NCBI GenBank assembly: GCA_037439545.1
Contig: JBBIVV010000031.1
Location: 7,774 to 17,926, forward strand
DNA: 10,153 nt
Direction: 5' to 3'
Source of the DNA: a bacterium
GTDB taxonomy: Bacteria > JAMCPX01
The notes below the pieces were generated by a model that made no database searches, was not told where the DNA came from, and was given only the letters and a program-made list of their open reading frames with translations. Both the position numbers and the translations under genes were made by a program. Positions 1 through 8,042 of this stretch are shown piece after piece. Within the stretch, counting starts at the first letter, position 1; every line of letters begins with the position of its first letter.

Positions 1-120
1 ATAACCACCCGTTTTACTCGACGTCCGTTTCCTGACATCTATTTGAATAATTTTTCCCACTGGTATATTTAATCCTCTGATCTGCATGCCCATTGCGCGC
101 GTTATTTCCTGGTTTTTCAC
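1..120 (-). CDS. 5' part of a hypothetical protein, truncated at window edge (MKNQEITRAMGMQIRGLNIPVGKIIQIDVRKRTSSKTGGY...)
   Basis: GTG at 120-118 lies 9 nt downstream of GGAGG (134-130, minus strand). The frame is open for 40 codons to the edge. No family recognised. Confidence 0.4.
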   Translation of the reverse strand, partial: MKNQEITRAMGMQIRGLNIPVGKIIQIDVRKRTSSKTGGY

Positions 121-411
121 TTTAACAGACCTCCTCTTCCGAGTTTGATTTTATTGCTGAGAAGCCCGCAATGGAGAACAGCCGGAAGACATAATAGTCC
201 TTGACCTCGGCGGTACTCAGTTTACCCTTCATCTAAAAGGACCAAAAGTAACAGATTTTATGAACGATTGTCACAGCTTCTACGACGGGTGCCAGAATCT
301 ATACCTTCATGAACTGCGGGAAGTAGTCGGACAATACCTATAACCTCCGGTAAGGTGTGTGATTTAAATCCACCAGGCTGCATTGATTTTCTTAATTTTA
401 TGGAGTGCGGC

Positions 412-1755
412 TTATTTAATGTTATGTTTTTTCATCCTGTAGCGCAGGGCATCCCTTGAGATAGACAGCGCCTGTGCCGCTTTGGTCTGATTGCCTTCTG
501 CGAGTGCCAATGCCTTTATTATCAGTTCCTTTTCCACCTTTTCGAGCTCCATCGAGCTGTACTGCTCTGTATTTGCGCTGCCCGATGACTCTATAATCTC
601 AATCGGCATGTATTCTTTTTTCAAAACGGTTTCGTTTGTCAGCAGTATCATTCTTTCAATGATATTTTTCAATTCTCTTACATTTCCAGGCCAGTTGTAC
701 TGCATAAAATAATTCAATGCCTCGTCATCGATGCCCGAAATTTCTTTCTTCAGTTCCTGTGATATTGTCTTAATAAAATAATTGACCAGAGAAGGGATGT
801 CCTGTTTCCTGTTTCTCAAAGCAGGTATAACAAGAGGTACAACATTTATTCTGTAATAAAGATCTTCCCTGAACAGCCCTTTCTCGACCGCTTTTTTTAT
901 GTCCTTGTTGGTCGCTGATATAATCCTCACATCGACGTTTATATCCTTTGTCCCTCCAATCCTTCTGAAGATCTTCGTCTCTATGACCCTCAACAGCTTC
1001 ACCTGTGTCGATAGATCCATATCTCCAATTTCATCGAGGAAGAGTGTGCCTTTGTCAGCCAATTCGAATATACCTTTTTTTGACGACTTGGCATCCGTAA
1101 AAGCGCCCTTTTCATAGCCGAACAGTTCGCTCTCTATAAGGTGTACCGGCAGTGCGGAGCAGTTAAGGTCAATAAACGGCTTATCCTGACGCGCACTTGC
1201 ACAATGGATTGCCCTCGAGAATAATTCCTTGCCAGTCCCACTCTCACCCTGTATGAGTACCGTCGTATCGCTTGCTGCAAGCTTTTTGGCAATGTCTATC
1301 GCCTTTTTTATTTCTGCCGATTCAGCGACAATCCGGTGAAATCCATACTGCTGCTGCGCCTTACCCTTAAACATCTCGAGTTCATTCCTGAGTTTAAAAA
1401 GCTCCAGCGCCCGGTTCACGGTCAATTTGAGCTTCTCCGCATCGAATGGTTTCACTATGTAGTCTAATGCGCCTGTTTTTATGGCATGAATGGCAGAGTC
1501 TATGCTCCCGTATGCCGTGATCATGATTACCGGCAGATCGCTTATGTCTTTTTTTATTGTTCTGAGGATCTCTATGCCGTTAATGTCCGGAAGGTTCATG
1601 TCGAGCAGTACGATGTCGGGCACATTTTCTTTAATCTTCAGCATACCCTCTGCACCGGTACCGACAGATATGACTTCATGCCCGTCCCTTGAAAGCAATT
1701 TTTCAATAGACCATCTTACCAGTTGTTCATCATCTATGACAAGAATCGTGCTCAT
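412..1755 (-). CDS. Sigma54-dependent Fis-family response regulator (NtrC/AtoC/ZraR type: REC + AAA+ + HTH_8)
   Basis: Receiver motifs ILVIDDE, LLDMNLP (phospho-Asp), MITAYG, KPF. Walker A GESGTGKE, ESELFGYEKGAFTDA, Walker B LFLDEIG, FREDLYYR, WPGNVREL. C-terminal Fis HTH GNQTKAAQALSISRDALRYRM. Confidence 0.97.
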   Translation of the reverse strand: MSTILVIDDEQLVRWSIEKLLSRDGHEVISVGTGAEGMLKIKENVPDIVLLDMNLPDINGIEILRTIKKDISDLPVIMITAYGSIDSAIHAIKTGALDYIVKPFDAEKLKLTVNRALELFKLRNELEMFKGKAQQQYGFHRIVAESAEIKKAIDIAKKLAASDTTVLIQGESGTGKELFSRAIHCASARQDKPFIDLNCSALPVHLIESELFGYEKGAFTDAKSSKKGIFELADKGTLFLDEIGDMDLSTQVKLLRVIETKIFRRIGGTKDINVDVRIISATNKDIKKAVEKGLFREDLYYRINVVPLVIPALRNRKQDIPSLVNYFIKTISQELKKEISGIDDEALNYFMQYNWPGNVRELKNIIERMILLTNETVLKKEYMPIEIIESSGSANTEQYSSMELEKVEKELIIKALALAEGNQTKAAQALSISRDALRYRMKKHNIK

Positions 1756-3215
1756 TGTATTCCACTAAAGGGTATGCGCACAAAAAATATCGTGCCTTTT
1801 CCCTCCTCAGTTTCAAATGTTATGTTCCCGTTCATTGCCCTAATAACACTCAGGCTAATTGCGAGGCCGAGCCCCGTCCCGTTATGCTTGGTCGTAAAGA
1901 ACGGATCGAAGATCTTATCCCTTACATTCGCCGGTATACCCTTGCCTTTGTCACTGACCTTTATTAAAAGGTAGGGATCTCCGAATTTATCAATAAATTC
2001 CGTCGACACTTCCAGTACTCCTCCATCAGGCATTGCTTGTATAGCGTTCAATATAAGATTTATAATTACCTGTTCAAGTGCATCCTTGTCAGCCCTAATT
2101 CCGGGCATGCCGATATCGAGCGGCAATTGCATGCTGATATGATTTGCCGCTGCCTGGGGTTCCAGCAGCAGTTTGAGTGCCTTTATGCTGTCGTTTATGT
2201 TGAAATTCATTATATCGTGGGCGGGTAGTTTTGAAAACCTGAGCATATCGCCGATAAGTTTGTCTATCTTTGCTATCTGCAGCATAATTTGATCGAATAT
2301 AGCAGATTTTTCTTCATCTGTGACAAAATCTTCCCTGAAGACCTGAAGCACACCGCTTATACCTGCGAGCGGATTCCTGATTTCATGTGCAAGAGATAAA
2401 GAGATCTCCCCCAGGGACGCAAGCTTGTCCATACGTTGTATCTGGAGTTCCGTCATCTTCTTTGCCTCTGCTTCTTTGTACGCAAGCCTGTCAAGCATCA
2501 TGTTCAGTTGCCCGCTTAAAAAGCCCAGCTCATCATTTTCGTCGACTGTCGATCTTGCCGATAGATTCCCATCCGATGCCTTTTTAAGCGTATTGACGAG
2601 ATCCTCGACCGGTTTTTCTATTACGATGGTCGTGATGAGCCAGATAGAAAATATCAATATAGAAACAACGATGACACTCATGGTAAACCAGTTGGAAAGC
2701 AAGCCTTCAAAAGCCGTATTGTATCTGTTGGTCGAGACCTTTACATAGAGCAGCCCGAGCAATGGAGATACACTGCCATGACACCGGTAACATGCGCTCT
2801 CATTGTAAACGGGATAAAACACTTCTACATTGTTCCTGTGCTTTATGGTAACCATGTTTAAATAACTCTGCATCGGCGGCAGGACTATTTTTTGTTCCTT
2901 GTCGTCTGAGTAAAGATAAAGCGGTTTGCCCTGCGGATTTAATATGCCGAGTGCAACGATATCTTTTATCTCATAATGATAAAGACCGGAAAGATAGGTG
3001 CTGAACTCCGTACCATGCCCTGTCAGCATATGTATGGTGATTGTTTTATTTATATCATTGATTATAAGCCGTATTTCATCCTCCACATACTGCTTAAAAA
3101 CACCTTCACTGCTGATTCTTATGAAAAGCGTGTATATCGAGATTGTAATAATGGTGAGCAGCACTATGGGGAGCATGTATTTGACATTAATCGGTACTCT
3201 CGATATTTTCTTCAA
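1752..3215 (-). CDS. Membrane sensor histidine kinase: TM1, periplasmic CxxCH (heme c) domain, TM2, HAMP, HisKA, HATPase_c
   Basis: H-box AHEIRNPL, N-box NLILNAIQA, DKGKGI, FDPFFTTK, GTGLGL; HAMP-like GNLSAR...DELGFL; CYRCH at 2778-2792. Start moved from 3365 (153 bp inside yihY) to TTG at 3215, which overlaps the yihY stop as TTGA like the other junctions. ATG at 3242 is an alternative. Confidence 0.93.
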   Translation of the reverse strand: MKKISRVPINVKYMLPIVLLTIITISIYTLFIRISSEGVFKQYVEDEIRLIINDINKTITIHMLTGHGTEFSTYLSGLYHYEIKDIVALGILNPQGKPLYLYSDDKEQKIVLPPMQSYLNMVTIKHRNNVEVFYPVYNESACYRCHGSVSPLLGLLYVKVSTNRYNTAFEGLLSNWFTMSVIVVSILIFSIWLITTIVIEKPVEDLVNTLKKASDGNLSARSTVDENDELGFLSGQLNMMLDRLAYKEAEAKKMTELQIQRMDKLASLGEISLSLAHEIRNPLAGISGVLQVFREDFVTDEEKSAIFDQIMLQIAKIDKLIGDMLRFSKLPAHDIMNFNINDSIKALKLLLEPQAAANHISMQLPLDIGMPGIRADKDALEQVIINLILNAIQAMPDGGVLEVSTEFIDKFGDPYLLIKVSDKGKGIPANVRDKIFDPFFTTKHNGTGLGLAISLSVIRAMNGNITFETEEGKGTIFFVRIPFSGIQ

Positions 3216-4042
3216 TGTTGTTCTCTCTTTTCTATTATGCATGATACGAACTCGGCTGAAAATAAAAAGATAAGTGAGGTATAGTACACCCATAGTATGG
3301 TGACGATGATGGCCGCAAGGGAGCCGTAAACAATATTGATATTTGAATGATGTGCCAGATACCACGAAAACAAAATCCTTATGATAGACCAGAGAACGGT
3401 TGTTATTGCGCCTGCCAGGATGATATACCCTATATCAATCTTCTTTGAAGGCAGGAACGAGTATGCTGAGGTAAACAGTAAAAACACCATCAACAGGGCA
3501 AATACACGGCTCGATATGATGATTGCGATTACATAAAGGGTGCTGCTCAGCACCGGCAGATCAAGTTTTATCAGGACCCTGAATACCGGGGTAATAATAA
3601 ACAGGAACGACACCACGACGCCGCTGCTCAGGACGATAAAAATTGATTTGCTTTTTATGAAAAGCGGATTGCGCCTTTTCTCAAGTTTGAATATAACATC
3701 GAGGGACCTCTTAGCCTCAAGAATAGCAAGGTCAGATGCGAATAACAGAAAAACGAACCCGATGATACCGATGGCGCTGCGCTTCTCGAGAAGGTTGTAA
3801 AGGTCACCTATAACAGCAGGCGAAATATCGGGGATAAACTGCTTCAACAAGGAAACAACGTAGGCGAAGAAATCTCCTGTCGAGCCGACAATATAACTCC
3901 CGATGGAAATGAGGACAAACAAGAGCGGCAGTACCGACAGCACAACATAAAAAGACAGGGCCGCTGCATGAGACATGCATGTGTCTGCCATAAACTTATC
4001 GATGGTCATCGAAACGATTGATTTTTTTTTGTCAGTCTTCAT
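3212..4042 (-). CDS. YihY/virulence factor BrkB family inner-membrane protein
   Basis: N-terminal AAALSFYVVLSVLPLL, about six hydrophobic segments, C-terminal family signature YGSLAAIIVTILWVYYTSLIFLFSAEF. Confidence 0.92.
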   Translation of the reverse strand: MKTDKKKSIVSMTIDKFMADTCMSHAAALSFYVVLSVLPLLFVLISIGSYIVGSTGDFFAYVVSLLKQFIPDISPAVIGDLYNLLEKRSAIGIIGFVFLLFASDLAILEAKRSLDVIFKLEKRRNPLFIKSKSIFIVLSSGVVVSFLFIITPVFRVLIKLDLPVLSSTLYVIAIIISSRVFALLMVFLLFTSAYSFLPSKKIDIGYIILAGAITTVLWSIIRILFSWYLAHHSNINIVYGSLAAIIVTILWVYYTSLIFLFSAEFVSCIIEKREQH

Positions 4043-5358
4043 GCTGTTTTTTTGCTTCTGAATATGACTTTAATCGGCACCCCTTTAAACCCAAACACGT
4101 CCCTGATCCTGTTCATGATAAATTTGCCGTAATTCTCCCTGATCCCTTTTGCGCTGTTCGTGAAGACAACAAATACAGGTGGTTTTGCAGCTATTTGGAC
4201 AAGATAGTAAAGCTTGATCAACTTTCCATCGCTTGAAATAGGCTGGTGCTCATCGAGCACGCTCCTGAAAAATTTATTCAATTCGGCAGTCGGAATCCGA
4301 TGCTCGTATGCATTCGATGTCCGGATGACCTCGTCGATAAGTTTATTGACGCCTTCTCCCGTAACGGCCGATACCGGCAGAACAGGTATATAGGGAACAA
4401 AATGAAAGGTGCCCGATGCCTTTTTGAGCACATTACGTTTATCTTTATGAGAAATACGGTCCCATTTATTCATGGCAATCACGCAGCCTTTACCGCTGGT
4501 CTGGATCATGTCGACAATCTTTTTGTCATAACCCGTGACACCGATCAGCGCATCGATGAGAAGCACGACAATGTCCGCTCTCTGTATCATGTCCTTTGAC
4601 TTCATGCCTGCGAGTGCCTCGACCTGGGTATTGCTCTTGTTCTTTTTAAGTCCTGCAGTATCGATAAGGACCATAGGTTTCTTATGAAGCTCTACCTTCA
4701 ATTCAACAGGGTCTCTTGTAGTTCCCGGCTGGTCGTCGACGAGCATTATATCATTGCCGATGATATAGTTTATCATGCTTGACTTCCCTGCATTCGGTTT
4801 GCCTGCAAAGACAAGTTTCAAGGGCGGTGCTTTGTCATCGTCTGCTTGTCCCGGTCCGGCGTAATGCTTTTTTAAATAATCTGTCACTGCATCCATAATC
4901 TGATCGGCACCATACCCATGTTCAGCCGATGCACCGAACATATCCTTGAATCCAAGACGGTAAAACTCATCAACCGCGTTCAGTTCGGCAGGACTGTCTA
5001 TTTTATTTACTGCCACTAAAACGGGCTTGTTTAACTTTCTCAGCCATTTTGATATTTCAAGGTCATACGGCATGACTCCCGTTTTGTAATCACATACCAT
5101 AAGAATAACGGCAGCCTCGCTGACGACAGCTTCCACCCGTTTATTTATCTTGAAATGGATATTGTTTTTTTCGTCCGTCAGCCCTCCGGTATCTACAACA
5201 TCGAATACAGTACTGTTCCATTCTACTGTGTCATATATGGTGTCCCTTGTCGTACCGTAGAGGTCGAGGACAATGGATTTTTTCTTCGATATGATTCTGT
5301 TGAATAATCTCGATTTGCCCACATTGGGCCTGCCTACTATTGCCAGAAGAGGATTCAT
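4039..5358 (-). CDS. der: Ribosome biogenesis GTPase Der (EngA)
   Basis: Two tandem G domains (GRPNVGKS/GTTRD/DTGG/NKID and GKPNAGKS/PGTTRD/DTAG/NKWD), SAEHGYG, and KH-like C-terminus KLYYLVQ..KPPVF...FGFKGVPI. Confidence 0.98.
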   Translation of the reverse strand: MNPLLAIVGRPNVGKSRLFNRIISKKKSIVLDLYGTTRDTIYDTVEWNSTVFDVVDTGGLTDEKNNIHFKINKRVEAVVSEAAVILMVCDYKTGVMPYDLEISKWLRKLNKPVLVAVNKIDSPAELNAVDEFYRLGFKDMFGASAEHGYGADQIMDAVTDYLKKHYAGPGQADDDKAPPLKLVFAGKPNAGKSSMINYIIGNDIMLVDDQPGTTRDPVELKVELHKKPMVLIDTAGLKKNKSNTQVEALAGMKSKDMIQRADIVVLLIDALIGVTGYDKKIVDMIQTSGKGCVIAMNKWDRISHKDKRNVLKKASGTFHFVPYIPVLPVSAVTGEGVNKLIDEVIRTSNAYEHRIPTAELNKFFRSVLDEHQPISSDGKLIKLYYLVQIAAKPPVFVVFTNSAKGIRENYGKFIMNRIRDVFGFKGVPIKVIFRSKKTA

Positions 5359-6242
5359 GTGTCCAACCCGATTTCATTGAGGAAGTTTTTGTCTTTTTTC
5401 CAGCCTTCTTTTACCTTCACATAAAGCTCGAGGTACACCTTTGTTCCCAGCAGTCTTTCTATATCTATCCTTGCCGATGTGCCTATCTTCTTCATCATGG
5501 AGCCGTGAGATCCTATCAGTATGCCTTTCTGGGATGGTTTCTCTACAAAAATGGTAGCGTATATCCTTATTATCCTGTCCCTTTCCGATTCATCGAACTT
5601 ATCAACCATGCATGCCGATGAATAGGGCACCTCATCCTTTGTAAAATAAAAAAGCTTCTCCCTTATGAGCTCTGCAACAAGTTCTTTTTCATACTTGTCG
5701 GTTATCATGTCCTCGCTGTAAAGCATGCCCTCGGTTGTCAGATGTTTCTTCAATTCCTCAAGCAGGATGTCCAAGCCATCGCCGTTTTTTGCTGAAGCCG
5801 GGATTATAGCGCTGTAAACAGCCATGCCCGCATACCAGTTCACGACCGGCAGTAATAATCTCTTATCCTTTTTTATGTCGATTTTATTTATAAGCAATAC
5901 CTTCGGCTTATCTTTAACTTTTTCTATTTCCTTTATAATCGCCGTTTCCTTTTGTGTTATCTCGGGCTCTACGATGTGAAGGATCGCATCCGCATCGTTT
6001 ATTGCAGACAGCGTCGTTCTTTTTAATGAGGATATGAACGGTGACGTCCTTTCCGTCTCCATTCCCGGCGTATCGATGAAGACGATCTGCGCATCTTTTG
6101 TCGTTAAAATGCCATGCAGCCTTTGCCATGTTGTCTGCGGCTTTGGAGAAACAATGGCAAGTTTCTCCTTCAAAAGCTTATTCAGTAATGTAGACTTGCC
6201 GACATTAGGCCTGCCTATAACGGCAATTATTCCCGATTTCAT
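5355..6242 (-). CDS. era: GTPase Era
   Basis: KSGIIAVIGRPNVGKSTLLN, SPKPQTT, DTPG, NKID, ELIREK...EVPYS, KH domain SQKGILIG..G.MMKKIG, YLELYVKVK. Confidence 0.98.
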   Translation of the reverse strand: MKSGIIAVIGRPNVGKSTLLNKLLKEKLAIVSPKPQTTWQRLHGILTTKDAQIVFIDTPGMETERTSPFISSLKRTTLSAINDADAILHIVEPEITQKETAIIKEIEKVKDKPKVLLINKIDIKKDKRLLLPVVNWYAGMAVYSAIIPASAKNGDGLDILLEELKKHLTTEGMLYSEDMITDKYEKELVAELIREKLFYFTKDEVPYSSACMVDKFDESERDRIIRIYATIFVEKPSQKGILIGSHGSMMKKIGTSARIDIERLLGTKVYLELYVKVKEGWKKDKNFLNEIGLDT

Positions 6243-6247
6243 GATTA

Positions 6248-6278
6248 ACTATAAAAGCACAACCTCGCCAGTTTGCAA
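6248..6278 (-). promoter_or_regulatory. Candidate sigma70-type promoter for era operon (probably leaderless)
   Basis: -10 TATAGT (6253-6248) is 5 nt before the era ATG. TTGCAA (6278-6273) is at a long 19-nt spacer. No SD before era. Confidence 0.4.
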
Positions 6279-6315
6279 GCTAACTCAACGGCAGATGGAA
6301 GAGTTTTCATAGCTA

Positions 6316-6348
6316 AAGCTTTTTTTGATTATAAAATCAAAAAAGCTT
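6316..6348. promoter_or_regulatory. Long imperfect palindrome, candidate transcription-factor operator
   Basis: AAGCTTTTTTTGATT-ATAA-AATCAAAAAAGCTT: 14 pairs with one extra T, touching the predicted -35. Confidence 0.55.
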
Positions 6349-6375
6349 GCATTCCTTGTTTTTATTTTGTATGTT
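6347..6375 (+). promoter_or_regulatory. Candidate sigma70 promoter of the DUF35/thiolase-like operon
   Basis: TTGCAT (6347-6352), 17-nt spacer, TATGTT (6370-6375), followed by SD AAGGAGG and ATG 6397. Confidence 0.55.
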
Positions 6376-6396
6376 TTTATAAAAAAGGAGGATTTT

Positions 6397-6846
6397 ATGC
6401 CTGGTGAGATCGTAAGAGCGACAGTCCCGATAACTTTTACTTATAAAAACAGAGTAGGTAAGGCGCTGGAACAGTACATCGATGGGCTTAAAAAGAAAAA
6501 AATATTAGGCGTACAATGTCCTTCCTGCAAAAAGGTATATGTCCCGCCCCGCTCGGTATGCGGCAAATGCCACAAACCAATCAGCACTATGGTAGAGCTC
6601 GATCAACAGGGAATACTGAAAAACTTTACCATTGCACACGTGAATATAATAAACGGTGAAATTATCGATGCCCAGCAGCCTTACATAATCGGTATGATAA
6701 AGCTCAACGGCGCTTCAAGCCTGCTCTCGGCTGTCATAAAAGCCGCTTCGGTCAGCGATGTTAAAACAGGCATGAAGGTAAAAGCCATGTGGAAAGATAC
6801 ACCACAGGGCGAGTATAATGACCTTATGTATTTCAAGCCGTTATAG
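6397..6846 (+). CDS. DUF35-family Zn-ribbon/OB-fold protein (thiolase/aldolase partner), 149 aa
   Basis: CPSC...YVPPR..CGKC zinc ribbon and OB-fold (PYIIGMIKLNG, VKTGMKVKAMW). Start moved from 6325 to ATG 6397 because AAGGAGG directly precedes it and the upstream extension overlaps the promoter. Confidence 0.93.
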   Translation: MPGEIVRATVPITFTYKNRVGKALEQYIDGLKKKKILGVQCPSCKKVYVPPRSVCGKCHKPISTMVELDQQGILKNFTIAHVNIINGEIIDAQQPYIIGMIKLNGASSLLSAVIKAASVSDVKTGMKVKAMWKDTPQGEYNDLMYFKPL

Positions 6847-6891
6847 CGGCGGTACAAACGGCTTGTCCGGTTTTAAAAAAAGGAGGCATGT

Positions 6892-8040
6892 ATGAGTGAA
6901 AGGGTTGCAGTAGTCGGTTACAAACAAACAAAACACACCTTTGACAGCCCTGTTGCAAGAGAAAGGATGATCTACGAGCTTGTCAAGTCCTTATACAAGG
7001 ACATGGGAATAACAAGGGATGATATCGATACATTTGTACTGGCAAGTAATGATTTTACAGACGGCAGGACCATCTCAGAAGTATACACCGTACCGAGGAT
7101 AGGCGCATATATGAAAGACGAAACAAAGGTAGAGGCTGACGGACTCAATGCCGCACTTTATGCGTATATGCGGATAATGTCGGGACTCTATGAAACGGCA
7201 CTTGTCATCGGTTTCAGTATGGCAGGTTCCGAGTTCAGGCCCCCCCTGATACAGGCATACTCCATGGACCCGGTTTATGAAAGGCCGAGGGGCATTATCA
7301 ATTATTATTCCGCAGCAGCACTTCAGGCAAACGCTTATATGAAGAAGTATAAGCTCACGGAAGACGAGCTTGCCAGGCTGACGGTTAAGAACCTTCAAAA
7401 TGCCAATAACAATCCTTTTGCGGCAAGAAAAGAACCGAATGCCTCTGTCGAGGATGTTCTTAAATCAAGGCCCCTTTATCTGCCCATAAGACAATCGCAT
7501 GTCTCTGCCTATGCCGATGGAGCATGCGCAGTAATATTGTCCTCAAAAAAAGCGGCCAAGAAGTTCACGGATAAACCGGTATGGATAGATGGTGTAGGTC
7601 ATTTCATGGATACTTATTATATCGGAGACAGAGATTTATTGAAAATGGACAGCCTTGCCGGTGCAGCCAAAAAAGCATATAAAATGGCCGGCATAAAGAA
7701 CCCTAAAAAAGAGATTGATCTGGCTGAGATTCATACGAATTTTGCTACGGAAGAACCTGTATTGACTGAGGCAATGGGCCTGTTTAAGCCAGGCAGTGCA
7801 AAGGATGTCATAAAACGCGGCACCAGTATGATCGATGGCGATATGCCTGTGAATCCTTCAGGCGGACCGCTCGGCGCGAACCCGGTAAATGCGACCGGGC
7901 TCATTAGACTTGCTGAGGCATGTGCACAACTCAGGAAAGAAACCGGGAAGAATCAGGTTAAAGGTGCAAAGACCGCTGTCGTTCACGCACAGGATGGACC
8001 GGGCGCTCAATTAAATACTGTTTTCGTCGTAAGGAGGTAA
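6892..8040 (+). CDS. SCP2-type thiolase-like protein, Ltp4-like, catalytic Cys absent (putative retro-aldolase subunit)
   Basis: Thiolase-fold motifs VAVVG, NANNNP, DGACAVIL, DLAEIH, VNPSGG. KVEADG sits where the nucleophilic Cys is expected. SD AGGAGG at 6881-6886. Confidence 0.88.
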   Translation: MSERVAVVGYKQTKHTFDSPVARERMIYELVKSLYKDMGITRDDIDTFVLASNDFTDGRTISEVYTVPRIGAYMKDETKVEADGLNAALYAYMRIMSGLYETALVIGFSMAGSEFRPPLIQAYSMDPVYERPRGIINYYSAAALQANAYMKKYKLTEDELARLTVKNLQNANNNPFAARKEPNASVEDVLKSRPLYLPIRQSHVSAYADGACAVILSSKKAAKKFTDKPVWIDGVGHFMDTYYIGDRDLLKMDSLAGAAKKAYKMAGIKNPKKEIDLAEIHTNFATEEPVLTEAMGLFKPGSAKDVIKRGTSMIDGDMPVNPSGGPLGANPVNATGLIRLAEACAQLRKETGKNQVKGAKTAVVHAQDGPGAQLNTVFVVRR

Positions 8041-8042
8041 AC

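Noticed and set aside
279..295. Minus-strand CTGGCAC as a sigma54 -24 element
   Set aside because: The -12 position reads AG rather than GC (CTGGCACCCGTCGTAGA).
3216..3365. N-terminal extension of the kinase ORF (MVSGTSF...CGHHRHH)
   Set aside because: It lies inside the conserved yihY C-terminus in another frame; the TTGA-coupled start at 3215 is more parsimonious.
6256..6270. Minus-strand TGGCGAGGTTGTGCT as a sigma54 promoter for era
   Set aside because: GG-to-GC spacing is 9 nt instead of the required 10.
6325..6340. Canonical FNR box
   Set aside because: Spacer is 6 nt, not 4. Kept only as an unidentified operator.
6325..6396. Hydrophobic N-terminal extension of the first DUF35 ORF
   Set aside because: It overlaps the AT-rich promoter; the SD points to ATG 6397, which also matches the paralog length.
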